A stretch of 64,000 nt of DNA, taken from the NCBI GenBank assembly GCA_023249975.1, contig JAHFBP010000007.1, positions 12,198-76,197 on the forward strand, written 5' to 3'. Both the position numbers and the translations under genes were made by a program. This document shows, piece after piece, positions 40,548 to 52,996 of the stretch (positions within the stretch are counted from its first letter, which is position 1; the number at the start of each line of letters is the position of its first letter). The notes beneath the pieces are model-generated. The model ran no database searches, was not told the DNA's origin, and was given only the letters and a program-made list of their open reading frames with translations. This DNA is from a bacterium (GTDB lineage Bacteria > Babelota > Babeliae > Babelales > GCA-2401785).

Positions 40548-40608
40548 CCACCCTTCGATACATCCGTCTTTGCAAAAAGGCTGCTCCGGACACTCAGGGC
40601 ATGCGGAG
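40548..40608 (+). repeat. REP-like element (CCCTTCGATAC-hairpin-CACTCAGGGCATGCGG family)
   Basis: Homologous to 62261-62307 (+), 40721-40766 (-) and 55181-55257 (-). Confidence 0.75.
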
Positions 40609-40720
40609 TGTGGGTGATTCTAGTTATAGTTTATACTTTTTGAATAAATACAAAAAATATTTTTCTCACGCTCCAACCTTCGCACATCCTGACAAATTAA
40701 TAACTAAAGCACTAATCTAT

Positions 40721-40766
40721 CCCGAGCATCCTGAGTGATTTTTCGGAAGAAAAATAGTGTCGAAGG
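40721..40766 (-). repeat. REP-like element, inverted relative to the 40548 copy
   Basis: Reverse complement reads CCTTCGACAC..TTTTTCTTCCGAAAAATCACTCAGGATGCTCGGG. Confidence 0.65.
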
Positions 40767-40804
40767 ATTTTGCTATGAGAAACTATCACTGGTAGACTAT
40801 ATAG

Positions 40805-43276
<2,472 letters not shown>

Positions 43277-43318
43277 CAGACCTACTCAAAAAGAGAAGGT
43301 CTTTGGGGCAAATGTCCC

Positions 43319-43347
43319 TTGACAGCCTAAAAAGTGATTGTTAAAAT
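43319..43347 (+). promoter_or_regulatory. Near-consensus sigma70 promoter with no downstream + strand gene
   Basis: TTGACA-17 bp-TAAAAT with TG extension. Confidence 0.6.
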
Positions 43348-43349
43348 TC

Positions 43350-43406
43350 AGCCCGCTGGATGTGTACTTCATATATTATATGAAACCGCATCTGGTGGGC
43401 TTTTTT
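43350..43406 (+). ncRNA. Candidate small structured RNA (long hairpin plus U-tract)
   Basis: 15-bp stem containing four G-U pairs that pair only on the + strand, inner TTCATATA/TATATGAA stem, T6 tail, directly after the promoter. Confidence 0.4.
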
Positions 43407-43455
43407 ATAAAGATCCCTAAAATGAATGGTATTTAAATACTATTCGCCCCCCCAA

Positions 43456-43491
43456 CCCTCCAACTTGCCCTAAGTTGGAGGGTGTTTTTTT
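43456..43491. terminator. Hairpin terminator downstream of atpA
   Basis: CCCTCCAACTT...AAGTTGGAGGG followed by a T tract. Confidence 0.6.
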
Positions 43492-43526
43492 AGGGGCACA
43501 AAATTCTTTTGGGGCTCGATTATTTT

Positions 43527-45035
43527 TTAATGAAATGCAAGACTGAACTTGCCTGCAATTTGAATCAACTCCCTGGTCATATCATCAGTAATATCCTGGG
43601 TATTTTCGATAGCTTGATACACATGCTTGTGCATATCACGCACATAGAGCGCAAATTTTCTGATAAAATCTGCGACATCATCAATTTTAAATCGATCAAT
43701 AATTTTTTCACGATGCAAAAATAAAAAGAGCGATTGATCAACAAACGAAAACGTTTCATATCGATCTTGCTTGAGCATTTCAATAGCTCGCATGCCGCGA
43801 TCAATTCGGTCTTTACTGATGTGATCAAGCTCAGAGCCGAATTGTGCAAAAGCCAATAACTCTTCATATCGAGCAATTTCAAGCTTAAAGCCGCTCGACA
43901 TTTTTTTAATAACCTTAGTCTGAGCAGCTGTTCCCACTCGAGAAACAGAAAGCCCAATGTTCACCGCAGGCCTAATTCCCTGGTTGAAGAGTCCAACATC
44001 AAGAATAATTTGACCATCGGTAATCGAAATTAAATTAGTCGGAATATATGACGAAATGTCATCGCCTTGCAAAAGCACCAGCGGAAGTGCGGTCAATGAC
44101 CCGCCACCACGCTTTTCTGACAATTTGCACGCACGTTCAAGCAAACGCGAATGAATATAAAAAATGTCACCCGGATATGCTTCACGCCCTGGAGGCCTGC
44201 GCAATAACAATGAAAGTTCACGATAAGCAATAGCGTGATTGGTCAAATTATCATAAACGATCAAAACATCCTTGCCCTGCTCCATAAAATATTCACCTAT
44301 GGAACAACCTGCATAAGGTGCAACAAATTGATCCAACGCAGAATCACTGGCATCAGCAGAGACTATAATAGTGTAATCAAGCGCTCCATGAGATTCAAAG
44401 GTGTCCAAAAGTCTGGCGGTATCTGATTGTTTTCGACCAATGGAAACGAAAATACAAATAACATCCCGCCCTTTTTGGTGCAAAATGGTGTCTACCGCGA
44501 TACTTGTTTTGCCCGTACTCATGTTGCCAACAATCAGCTCTCGCTGCCCTTTTCCAATCGGAATGAGGGCGTCAATCACCATAATCCCTGTCTCAAGAGA
44601 CTCGCTAATTGAAGATCTGTCCGCAATTCCAGGAGCACTGCGCTCAACAGGCCACGCTTCGGTTGATATTATCTCACCGCGACCATCAAGCGGCTCTCCC
44701 GTTGCATTAATCACACGACCAAGAAGCCCATTTCCAACCGGAATGCTCAATGGCTTGCCGGTTCGTCGTGCAACTTCCTGCTCAATAACTGGCTTGAGAC
44801 GGTCAAGTAAAATTACCGAAGCAAAATCTTCATCAAGGTCAAAAACTATTCCCTCATTGCCACCATCAAACATGATGCGCTCACCATAGGCAGCATTGAG
44901 CAAACCGTAGACCAATGCCACTCCATCGGCAACTTTCATGACGATTCCGACTTCTTCGATTCCCTCGTGAGGAAGATCTTTGAATGACTCTTCAAGCAAA
45001 CTCACCATATTAAGTTCTTTGTTCACTTCAAACAT
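43527..45035 (-). CDS. atpA: F1Fo ATP synthase subunit alpha
   Basis: PIGKGQRELI, RRPPGREAYPGD, YIPTNLISITDGQI, GLSVSRVG. Confidence 0.95.
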   Translation of the reverse strand: MFEVNKELNMVSLLEESFKDLPHEGIEEVGIVMKVADGVALVYGLLNAAYGERIMFDGGNEGIVFDLDEDFASVILLDRLKPVIEQEVARRTGKPLSIPVGNGLLGRVINATGEPLDGRGEIISTEAWPVERSAPGIADRSSISESLETGIMVIDALIPIGKGQRELIVGNMSTGKTSIAVDTILHQKGRDVICIFVSIGRKQSDTARLLDTFESHGALDYTIIVSADASDSALDQFVAPYAGCSIGEYFMEQGKDVLIVYDNLTNHAIAYRELSLLLRRPPGREAYPGDIFYIHSRLLERACKLSEKRGGGSLTALPLVLLQGDDISSYIPTNLISITDGQIILDVGLFNQGIRPAVNIGLSVSRVGTAAQTKVIKKMSSGFKLEIARYEELLAFAQFGSELDHISKDRIDRGMRAIEMLKQDRYETFSFVDQSLFLFLHREKIIDRFKIDDVADFIRKFALYVRDMHKHVYQAIENTQDITDDMTRELIQIAGKFSLAFH

Positions 45036-45586
45036 CCCTTAAGTCGTATATGATTTTCAACTGTTTTTATTCGTCGAGCAATCGACTTTTCCCACGCAAA
45101 ATTTTTACTTATCATGGCAATGCCACATATTAAATCAGGGTTAATCTCAAATGTTGAATCGAGTGTCATTTTCGTCAAATGCTCCATCAAGCCAATAATT
45201 GACCCTTGTTGCTCTTTAGAAAGCTCATGTGACGATTCAATATAACACTGCAAAATATTAAGACGTTCGTAACCAACAATCACGATACTTTCAAGTATCT
45301 GCGGCAAAAGAGTAATATCTTGCGCTGTAATTAATGATTTCAGCAAACGCTCTTCTGGATTTCCCAACTTAAAGTAATCAAAGACCATATGAGCGCTTTT
45401 TAACTTATCAACACCGGCCAAACTCTCAAACAAAATAATGCTCAATGCTCGGCGATAGGTACAGAAAAATGCATGTAAGGCCCTTATCTTATTAAGATAG
45501 GTGCGCTCAATTGTTGGATAAAAAACATTTAGAAAAGCTCGCGCATAACATCGAGCCCTCATCATACTAGTAGGACGCATACCCAT
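45023..45586 (-). CDS. atpH: ATP synthase subunit delta (divergent)
   Basis: AR.YARA N-terminus, INPDLICG; position before atpA. Confidence 0.75.
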   Translation of the reverse strand: MGMRPTSMMRARCYARAFLNVFYPTIERTYLNKIRALHAFFCTYRRALSIILFESLAGVDKLKSAHMVFDYFKLGNPEERLLKSLITAQDITLLPQILESIVIVGYERLNILQCYIESSHELSKEQQGSIIGLMEHLTKMTLDSTFEINPDLICGIAMISKNFAWEKSIARRIKTVENHIRLKGCLK

Positions 45587-46070
45587 CCAATTCTTTAACT
45601 ATTTTATCCAGGATAACGCTGCCTTTTTTACCGGCATAGCATTTGACAAGGTCTTGGCGCGCTTTTTCAAGTCCCAGCATAATTTCTTTTCCCTCATGGG
45701 CTTGCCATGAAAGGCACTCTGCTCGTTGCTGACGCAGAGCTATTACTTTTTCAGCTAACACTGCGTGTTCTTTTGCAAGCTTGTCCACCGCCAACTTCCG
45801 CGTACTTTCCCAAATCTTAAATTGATTTTTAAGCTGAGCGATTCGATCAATTTGCTGTTCTAAATCAGCCTGACAATTTTTCTTCAGAGTAATAAGTTGA
45901 TGTTTTTTGAGAAGTAACAAATTGCGATCTTCAAGCTCTTGGCGCGCTTCATGGGTCAAAAGTGGCTCAAGATACAAAACCCAGACATCATATAAAAAAT
46001 AAATCAGCAAGATAAAAAGAAACAGATCAAGTCCACCGTGCGAAAGAAAAAACATCAGCTTATCAAACAT
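45567..46070 (-). CDS. atpF: ATP synthase subunit b-like
   Basis: N-terminal TM plus coiled coil; operon position. Confidence 0.6.
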   Translation of the reverse strand: MFDKLMFFLSHGGLDLFLFILLIYFLYDVWVLYLEPLLTHEARQELEDRNLLLLKKHQLITLKKNCQADLEQQIDRIAQLKNQFKIWESTRKLAVDKLAKEHAVLAEKVIALRQQRAECLSWQAHEGKEIMLGLEKARQDLVKCYAGKKGSVILDKIVKELDGYASY

Positions 46071-46425
46071 GATATTCCTTTATTATTTTCTCAATCACAT
46101 ACTCAGTTACTTTTTTTGAAGTTACTTCAAGATCCTTTTGTTCATCAACAAACGTGGGCTCAGAGACTTCCAATTCTGATATTACAGGCAATTGGCTTAA
46201 TTGCTCAGACGCATATTCCTGAAAAGAAACCGTCACACTGTTTTTTTCTTGGCCCAAATCCTTAATTTCTTTTTCAATATCATGGCTCAAATTCAAAAGA
46301 TTGCGATCCTGTTCTTCTTCAACAAAAAAATGTTGTGAAAGTGGCCGAAGCAGGACGTAGTCAACAATCCAACATGCGCCAATCAAATGTATGATTTGTA
46401 TGAAAACCGTAATATTAATTTGCAC
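46063..46425 (-). CDS. ATP synthase subunit b'-like
   Basis: INITVFIQII...LLRPL b-subunit N-terminal signature. Confidence 0.6.
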   Translation of the reverse strand: MQINITVFIQIIHLIGACWIVDYVLLRPLSQHFFVEEEQDRNLLNLSHDIEKEIKDLGQEKNSVTVSFQEYASEQLSQLPVISELEVSEPTFVDEQKDLEVTSKKVTEYVIEKIIKEYHV

Positions 46426-46436
46426 ATGAACCCTCT

Positions 46437-46694
46437 TTATGAAACGACAAAGAGAAGTATCAACGCTATCACAAAGTTAAAAATCACCGGTGTTTCAGTA
46501 AGTCCCATGGCCATGAAAGTTGTTGTCCTAATCACATTCGCACCTTCTGGCCGCTGTCCGATACTTTTACATGCCTGGCCACCAATATAGCCCATCCCCA
46601 ATGCAGGTCCCAGTGATCCAATTCCCATACAAAAACCTGCTGCAATTATTGCGGCAATACGAACGTAATCAACGACATCTGGACTTACAGCCAT
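46437..46694 (-). CDS. atpE: ATP synthase subunit c
   Basis: GxGxGxG helix, QRPE loop, conserved Glu (LTETP). Confidence 0.92.
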   Translation of the reverse strand: MAVSPDVVDYVRIAAIIAAGFCMGIGSLGPALGMGYIGGQACKSIGQRPEGANVIRTTTFMAMGLTETPVIFNFVIALILLFVVS

Positions 46695-46944
46695 GAATAT
46701 ATTCCTTAGAGAGAACAAAAGTATCTGTATAAACAAATCTTAAATCGCACTACCTTGTATTGTCAACGCATAGATGTTCTTTTCAAAGCTTTTCATCTTA
46801 TTTTGGCATGCAGAAAGTAATTAGAAATTAACCTACTTGTTCAAATACATTCCCTTATTTGAAAAGAAGTGCAGATCTGTGTACAATTTCACCTCGCATC
46901 CAGATACACTCAATGACGAACTATTTTTTATCAAAGGAATAATT

Positions 46945-48300
46945 TTGATTACACATAAACACTTTATTTTACTCAGTCTTTTTGCATTCATAGTTCACAC
47001 AGCTCCGGTCAATGGCTCAACGGACTTTGGACCCTCTTGGCAAACAACCCGTCAACCACGAGACAGAACAACACTGCATCAACTGCCAGACTTAATCAAT
47101 CTCAGCGCCAATGCGCGATCACCAGAAGCTCTTACGATCACGCCCCTGATCCATTTTCTGACGAATCGCGTGACAATTTTTGAAGATATTTTAAATCTCG
47201 ACAAAATCATTGCCGATTATGGTGACCTTCTTTCATTTTTCGTCCAAGACACTCCCTCCTTAACCAAAATACTCAAAGGATTTTCCTTCCAAACGGAATC
47301 TGCAACGGTCTGCTTTTCAGCTGCCAAGTCCTATAAGCAAACAAAGGTTTCTATCTCAATTCCCCTTTCCATCGCCTTAGCTCATGTGTATGCCGACAAA
47401 CAAGCACTCGAAGGTGTCAATAAACTTTTTGTAAATACCGGCACGCCAACAGAAGTCGCCGACAACAGCCTTACTCATGACATTCTTGCTATTGCCAAAG
47501 AAATTAGAACCATAACTGGCATAGGTGATATGCGCATTTGTGCAAGCTATATCCCCTCAAATATTTCATTTTTAGGTGACAGCGCCACTCTTGAACCCGG
47601 CATTGAACTGATCATCCCCCTTCAACATCTTTTAAAAAAAGAAGAATCTTTTACTGGATTTTCAAATCCTAACCAAACAAATCTCAATCCAAATACCATT
47701 CTTGACGTTGCTGCCGATGCCCCAACCTACCTCAAAGGACTTTTCAGATCATTGCAAAGAATTGGCGCAACTCCCCGAGTTCGCGATGGCGCATTTGGCA
47801 TAGCGCCTTTTGTCAAAGGTCATTACATCTGGAGTTACCTGACCCTTTCTGGATCGGCCAACTATACCTGGCTTGCCAAAAAAACTGATTTTCGCATGAT
47901 ACTCACCCGAGACAGCGACACAAATGACGGCACCGACACAGCTTTGCCAGGTGAATACCAAATACAAACCAAGCTCGGTAATATTTTTAAAATTACTACG
48001 ATGGTTCACGCAACATTGGATGAAAAACGTGCCGTTGGACTTGGATATGACTTTTTCTATCAAGGCAAAGAAAAAATATCTGATGTAAAAGTCTCGTCAC
48101 CTGTTGTTATCTCAGATTTGAATGTTAGTCTGGCCCAAATGCAATCATGCTATGAACACCGTATTTTTGCCTTTTTAGAACGCAAATTTAATCATCACCG
48201 CGGAAGCGGTGCATGGAGTTTGCAAGGTGGAATAACCCCTTTGCACTCGAATATTGGAAAAAGTTGGTACCTCAGTGCTCATTGTGGACTTTCATTTTAG
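46945..48300 (+). CDS. Hypothetical outer-membrane-like protein
   Basis: Signal peptide, GIGDMRI motif, C-terminal Phe; architecture similar to 9161-10645; start approximate. Confidence 0.65.
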   Translation: MITHKHFILLSLFAFIVHTAPVNGSTDFGPSWQTTRQPRDRTTLHQLPDLINLSANARSPEALTITPLIHFLTNRVTIFEDILNLDKIIADYGDLLSFFVQDTPSLTKILKGFSFQTESATVCFSAAKSYKQTKVSISIPLSIALAHVYADKQALEGVNKLFVNTGTPTEVADNSLTHDILAIAKEIRTITGIGDMRICASYIPSNISFLGDSATLEPGIELIIPLQHLLKKEESFTGFSNPNQTNLNPNTILDVAADAPTYLKGLFRSLQRIGATPRVRDGAFGIAPFVKGHYIWSYLTLSGSANYTWLAKKTDFRMILTRDSDTNDGTDTALPGEYQIQTKLGNIFKITTMVHATLDEKRAVGLGYDFFYQGKEKISDVKVSSPVVISDLNVSLAQMQSCYEHRIFAFLERKFNHHRGSGAWSLQGGITPLHSNIGKSWYLSAHCGLSF

Positions 48301-48380
48301 TTGTAAGTTTATTGAAACATCACCTAAACTTACCCGATCTGAGAACAGGCTATTTTTTGAAAATTAAGAAAGAAATACTC

Positions 48381-49133
48381 ATGATGAAGCATCTATTTAC
48401 CAAGCAAACAGGACTTGCATGCATCTTAGCCCTGCACATTGCATCACCCGCTTTTTGTTCTTTGGATGAAAATCTTGCTGATGAAACAACCACGACTAAA
48501 GAATTTGTCACGATAAAAACGGCACTGGCTCCATCAAGCAAAGGGCCCATCGCTTTGGCTGCACTCGGCCTGAGCAAAATACTTGAGCAAGAAATTCTTG
48601 AACAAACCGCACAACGATATCTACTTGCCCTCAAGTTCATTGAAGATGGCCAAGATATGCTCGAGGAATCACTCGAAGACCAGGATGTGCATAGTTCTGA
48701 AGATATCGACAAAGAACTTGCAACCAAAGTAACTCACGGAATTATGGAACACGAAGAAGCTGATCTTCTTGATGCAATTCACGGACTGCTCGCCAACCCA
48801 AAAACCATTAATATTAAAATGCCCATTTTAAATGCGCTCAAAGATATTCTTCAGACCGATGATGGAAAACTTTCTGCACATTATCGCGTCAAGTCCAATC
48901 TTATTTGCACCTTTCTCACCTCTTCAGACGCCAAAGAGGGCAAAAAAGTTCTTGAGGATCATTGTACGTGTGTAGAAAAAGCAACTGAACTTTGCGTTGA
49001 ATTTTTATGGTTAATTAATGGCTTTATCAAACATTTGCCACCCCAATATGCAAACTTAAAAGATCGGTTTGAAAAAGCGATTAAGGCAGAAATTGAAAAA
49101 GGGAAGTCGCTGACTGATTATTTAAGCGAATAA
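48381..49133 (+). CDS. Hypothetical secreted protein, paralog of 49388-50158
   Basis: Signal; TDDGKL and FEKAIKAEIEKGKSLTDYL. Confidence 0.75.
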   Translation: MMKHLFTKQTGLACILALHIASPAFCSLDENLADETTTTKEFVTIKTALAPSSKGPIALAALGLSKILEQEILEQTAQRYLLALKFIEDGQDMLEESLEDQDVHSSEDIDKELATKVTHGIMEHEEADLLDAIHGLLANPKTINIKMPILNALKDILQTDDGKLSAHYRVKSNLICTFLTSSDAKEGKKVLEDHCTCVEKATELCVEFLWLINGFIKHLPPQYANLKDRFEKAIKAEIEKGKSLTDYLSE

Positions 49134-49159
49134 AGGGAGCACTATTTCTAGCCTTTCTA

Positions 49160-49191
49160 AGGCCCTCTTATTGAAAATGAGGGCCTTTTTT
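49160..49191 (+). terminator. Intrinsic terminator
   Basis: AGGCCCTC...GAGGGCCTTTTTT. Confidence 0.75.
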
Positions 49192-49387
49192 CAATAAAAC
49201 GATCCTTTTTCCCCCAAAAATTCACGTTTCTGTACAAAAAGTTTCTATATGTAATACTATTAATAGTGTGCATGTGAATATCTCGCTTAAACCTGCGGAT
49301 TCTTCATTCTTTTTTACACGCGCACCAAAACAACCTAAACTTGATTAAGTTGATAAAAAGCATCCTAAAACTAAGAAGGAAAACATT

Positions 49388-50158
49388 ATGAAACACATAT
49401 TTTCAAAGTACTCAATCCTTGCCTTGGTCTTAATTTTGAATGTTGGGCAACTGGTCCTTGCGTCAGAACTCCCTAAATTGCAAACCTCAATTTCAAAAAT
49501 AAACAAAGGTCTTATCACCGCTCAAGCACTTCCTGTCCTTAAAGAACAGCTTGCTGAAAATCCAGACTTTTTCACAAAACAAGCCGTATATTACCAAATG
49601 ACTCTCAAGTTTTTGAAAGATAGTGAAACGCTTTTGGCTGAGTTACAGGCAAAAAGTAACGACCCTCAAAAAATGGAAGCGTTTTTGGTCAAACAAGTCA
49701 TTAACAAAATTCTGCAATTGGCTGGTGTTGAAGAACCTACAGCCACAACCGAACCTACAAGCCTTCCCAAAAAAATTCTTAGAAAAATTTTATTCAAAGA
49801 TTTATTCAAAACTGATGATGGCAAATTAGCACGCGATGGCTACCGCGTTGATGCTGACAAATCTATCATCATCGATTGTTTAGATCATGAAACTGATGCC
49901 AAGTATCTTGCTAAGCAACTTGAAATGATTTCGACCGATATCAAAAAAGCTCGCATCGTTTGTACTGAAGTCTTGTGGCTCCTTAACAGCACATCGCAAT
50001 ATATGCCAGATGACTTGAAAAACAGTTTTGAAAATGCTATTAAAGCTGAAGCAGAAAAAGGCAAATCATTGGTGGACTACTTGGATGAGTTCTTGGGTAA
50101 ACCAAATCCTCAAGAGGAGAACATCCCCCAAGAACAGGCCCTTTTAATCACAACCTAG
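49388..50158 (+). CDS. Hypothetical secreted protein, paralog of 48381-49133
   Basis: Signal; TDDGKL and FENAIKAEAEKGKSLVDYL. Confidence 0.75.
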   Translation: MKHIFSKYSILALVLILNVGQLVLASELPKLQTSISKINKGLITAQALPVLKEQLAENPDFFTKQAVYYQMTLKFLKDSETLLAELQAKSNDPQKMEAFLVKQVINKILQLAGVEEPTATTEPTSLPKKILRKILFKDLFKTDDGKLARDGYRVDADKSIIIDCLDHETDAKYLAKQLEMISTDIKKARIVCTEVLWLLNSTSQYMPDDLKNSFENAIKAEAEKGKSLVDYLDEFLGKPNPQEENIPQEQALLITT

Positions 50159-50171
50159 TAAGTAACCTTCA

Positions 50172-52388
50172 GTGAGCAATCAACAACAAGAAATAGATCA
50201 AAAAAAGTCTCAAGAAAATAATTCTCAGGTATCAGGATCGCTCGAACGCCTTGTCTTTCGAGCTCCTGATACTGGCTTTTCCGTGTTCACGGTCAAAATT
50301 GGACAACAGCTCATTACCGTCAAAGGCGTGATGCCCGATCTTGTTCAAGGCGAAATTGCCTCATTCAAGGGAATCTGGGAACATCACAAAGCATTTGGCA
50401 AACAACTGAATGTCACCTCCTACCAAAAAACACTTCCCGTTGATGCTCTCGGCATCCAAAAATATCTCAGTTCCGGCATGATCAAAGGCATTGGCCCCGC
50501 ATTTGCCGAAAAACTCGTCAAAGCATTTGGCTCAAGAACGCTCGAGATAATCGACAAAGAACCAGAACGATTGGAATCCGTTCCCGGTGTTGGACCCAAA
50601 CGCGCACAATCGATTATCGACGCCTGGGAAGAACAGCGTGAAATTGCTGCCATCATGGTGTTTCTGCGTTCAAAAGATATCGCTCCCGCTTTTGCGGCAA
50701 AAATTTACAAAACCTATGGGCAAGGCTCAATTGCCAAAATTACCGACAATCCCTACCGCCTGGTTGAAGATATTTGGGGTGTTGGATTTAAGTCAGCTGA
50801 CGATCTGGCTCTCAAACTGGGACTAGACCCCAACAGCATTGAACGCGTCAAAGCAGCCACCTTGCACGCTCTTACCGAAGCGATGATTCAAGGGCATTTG
50901 GCACAAACGCCAGATGCTGTTGAAAAAAAATTAACCGAACTGATCCAATTTAATAGCCAGAACAATCATGAATTTTATGAAACTGCCCTGCAAGAACTGA
51001 TCAGTGCGGCAAAACTCGTGCGTCACACCCAAACAATCGATGGTCAAGAAACAACTTTTATCTCATTGCCCCTGTGCTACAATACCGAACGCGGAATTGC
51101 TCACAAAATCAAATGGCTCACCGAGCACATCCCCTTACCCGCCGTGGACACTCAATGCGTGTACCAGGATCTTCGCAACCAAACTTCTGGGGTTGAATTA
51201 AACGAAGACCAGCTTCGTGGCATTATGACGAGCCTGAGTAGCAAAATTAGTATCATCACCGGGGGGCCAGGTACGGGTAAAACCACTCTGGTCAAAAAAT
51301 TACTTTCCATTTTGGACGACTATCGCATTATTTATCGCGTAGCCGCTCCAACAGGACGCGCTGCCAAACGGATGTTTGAAAACACCGGCAAGCCAACGGC
51401 CACCATTCATCGGCTTTTGGACTACAATCCCGGCGAACGCGGATTTAAGCACAATGAACAAGAAGTTTTGGATATTCAATTTTTGATTATTGACGAAGCC
51501 TCGATGATCGACATTTTCCTCATGTATTCTATGCTCAAGGCCCTTCCGCAACATGTTCACCTTTTGCTCTTGGGTGACGTGGACCAATTGCCCTCAGTCG
51601 GCGCGGGCTCCGTTTTGAACGACATGATTAAATCTGGCGCTATTCCCGTAACTCGATTGACGCAAATTTTCCGGCAAGCACAAAACAGCATGATCATCAC
51701 TAATGCCCACCGCATCAATCATGGAGAATTTCCTGCCAAAAAAGATGATCCGTCAACGAGCGATTTTTTCTTTGTAAAACGCGACGAACCGGATGATATT
51801 GCTCAACTTTTTGAACGCATTTACAAAAAATCATTGGCAGCAAAAGGAATCAAGCCCGAAAATGCGGTTATTTTGACCCCCATGAACAAAGGGGCCATTG
51901 GTACCGTTGCGATTAATGCCCACATGCAACAGCTACTCAATCCGGCGACCGAAGAATCCAAGGAAATCAGCCGATTTGGTAACATCTATCGCACCGGCGA
52001 CCGCGTGATGCAGATCAAAAATAATTACGATAAATTCGTCTTTAATGGCGACATGGGAATTATCAGCACGATCGACACCACAAACCAAAAATTGTACATC
52101 AACTTTGGCGACCGCGAACTTGAATACGATTTTGCTGAAATCGACGAACTGGTGCTTTCATACGCCATTTCCATTCACAAAAGCCAAGGCTCAGAATTTG
52201 AGGCAGTCATTATCCCAATCTTTATGCAGCATTTTATGATGCTTCAGCGCAATCTTTTGTACACGGCGGTCACTCGGGCAAAAAAACTGTGTATTTTGAT
52301 CGGCCAACCTCGAGCCATCGGCATGGCAGTAAAAAACAACAAAAGCATCGAACGCATCACGTTTTTGGCAAACTATTTAGCTGGCTAA
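50172..52388 (+). CDS. recD2: ATP-dependent RecD2-like DNA helicase
   Basis: HhH N-terminus (KGIGP), GGPGTGKT, DEASM, GDVDQLPSVG, SIHKSQGSE, YTAVTRAK. Confidence 0.95.
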   Translation: MSNQQQEIDQKKSQENNSQVSGSLERLVFRAPDTGFSVFTVKIGQQLITVKGVMPDLVQGEIASFKGIWEHHKAFGKQLNVTSYQKTLPVDALGIQKYLSSGMIKGIGPAFAEKLVKAFGSRTLEIIDKEPERLESVPGVGPKRAQSIIDAWEEQREIAAIMVFLRSKDIAPAFAAKIYKTYGQGSIAKITDNPYRLVEDIWGVGFKSADDLALKLGLDPNSIERVKAATLHALTEAMIQGHLAQTPDAVEKKLTELIQFNSQNNHEFYETALQELISAAKLVRHTQTIDGQETTFISLPLCYNTERGIAHKIKWLTEHIPLPAVDTQCVYQDLRNQTSGVELNEDQLRGIMTSLSSKISIITGGPGTGKTTLVKKLLSILDDYRIIYRVAAPTGRAAKRMFENTGKPTATIHRLLDYNPGERGFKHNEQEVLDIQFLIIDEASMIDIFLMYSMLKALPQHVHLLLLGDVDQLPSVGAGSVLNDMIKSGAIPVTRLTQIFRQAQNSMIITNAHRINHGEFPAKKDDPSTSDFFFVKRDEPDDIAQLFERIYKKSLAAKGIKPENAVILTPMNKGAIGTVAINAHMQQLLNPATEESKEISRFGNIYRTGDRVMQIKNNYDKFVFNGDMGIISTIDTTNQKLYINFGDRELEYDFAEIDELVLSYAISIHKSQGSEFEAVIIPIFMQHFMMLQRNLLYTAVTRAKKLCILIGQPRAIGMAVKNNKSIERITFLANYLAG

Positions 52389-52469
52389 GTCCCATCTCTA
52401 CCAAAGCTATAATTTTATGGTTATGATTCAGACTAACTGGCGACAAAACAATTGGCTTGTGTGGAAAAA

Positions 52470-52976
52470 ATGAAAAAAAGTTTATTCATTGCTCTTATAG
52501 TGAGTGGAATATACATAACCATGCAAAGCGTGATAAATGGCACTGGCACAGTTGCAACGCTCAATATTTATGGTTTAGATAACCTTCAAGTCCTCCCTCT
52601 ACATGAATTACCACTGATTAAAACACTGGAAATCAATCAAGCAACTCTTGAGCAACCTGAAACGCACGATCTTATTTTTAACCTCATCCACATGCACAAC
52701 GTAATCGATCTTCATTTTCATATTTTTAATATTGATACTCAAAACATACTCTTTTTAGCTCAAGGATTAAGACATAAATTTCATTTAAAATTTTTAAAAT
52801 TTCATGGATGCGAAACTATTGATGATATAGGAAGTCAGGCCATTTTTGATGCACTGCAAGATTCACCCAAACTAGAACACTTAAGTCTTTTAAATCATAA
52901 AATTTCAACATCACAACAAAAAAAACTCCGTACTCGCATGCGAAAATCACACCCGAACTGCTCTGTCTATTTTTAA
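52470..52976 (+). CDS. Short secreted LRR-like protein
   Basis: Signal; IDDIGSQAI..AL...PKLEHLSL. Confidence 0.6.
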   Translation: MKKSLFIALIVSGIYITMQSVINGTGTVATLNIYGLDNLQVLPLHELPLIKTLEINQATLEQPETHDLIFNLIHMHNVIDLHFHIFNIDTQNILFLAQGLRHKFHLKFLKFHGCETIDDIGSQAIFDALQDSPKLEHLSLLNHKISTSQQKKLRTRMRKSHPNCSVYF

Positions 52977-52996
52977 GCCCTTAAACAAGAGGTTTC

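Noticed and set aside
40537-40593. N-terminal extension of TadA (MSGAAFLQRR...)
   Set aside because: It is a translation of the REP-like element; homology begins at MQIVD (40536)
43509-43724. 71-aa + strand ORF as the target of the orphan promoter
   Set aside because: TTG start, lies beyond two terminator-like hairpins and is antisense to atpA
46437-46694. Na+-translocating N-ATPase operon
   Set aside because: Subunit c lacks the Gln and Tyr Na+ ligands, and the gene order includes a separate delta, unlike N-ATPase operons
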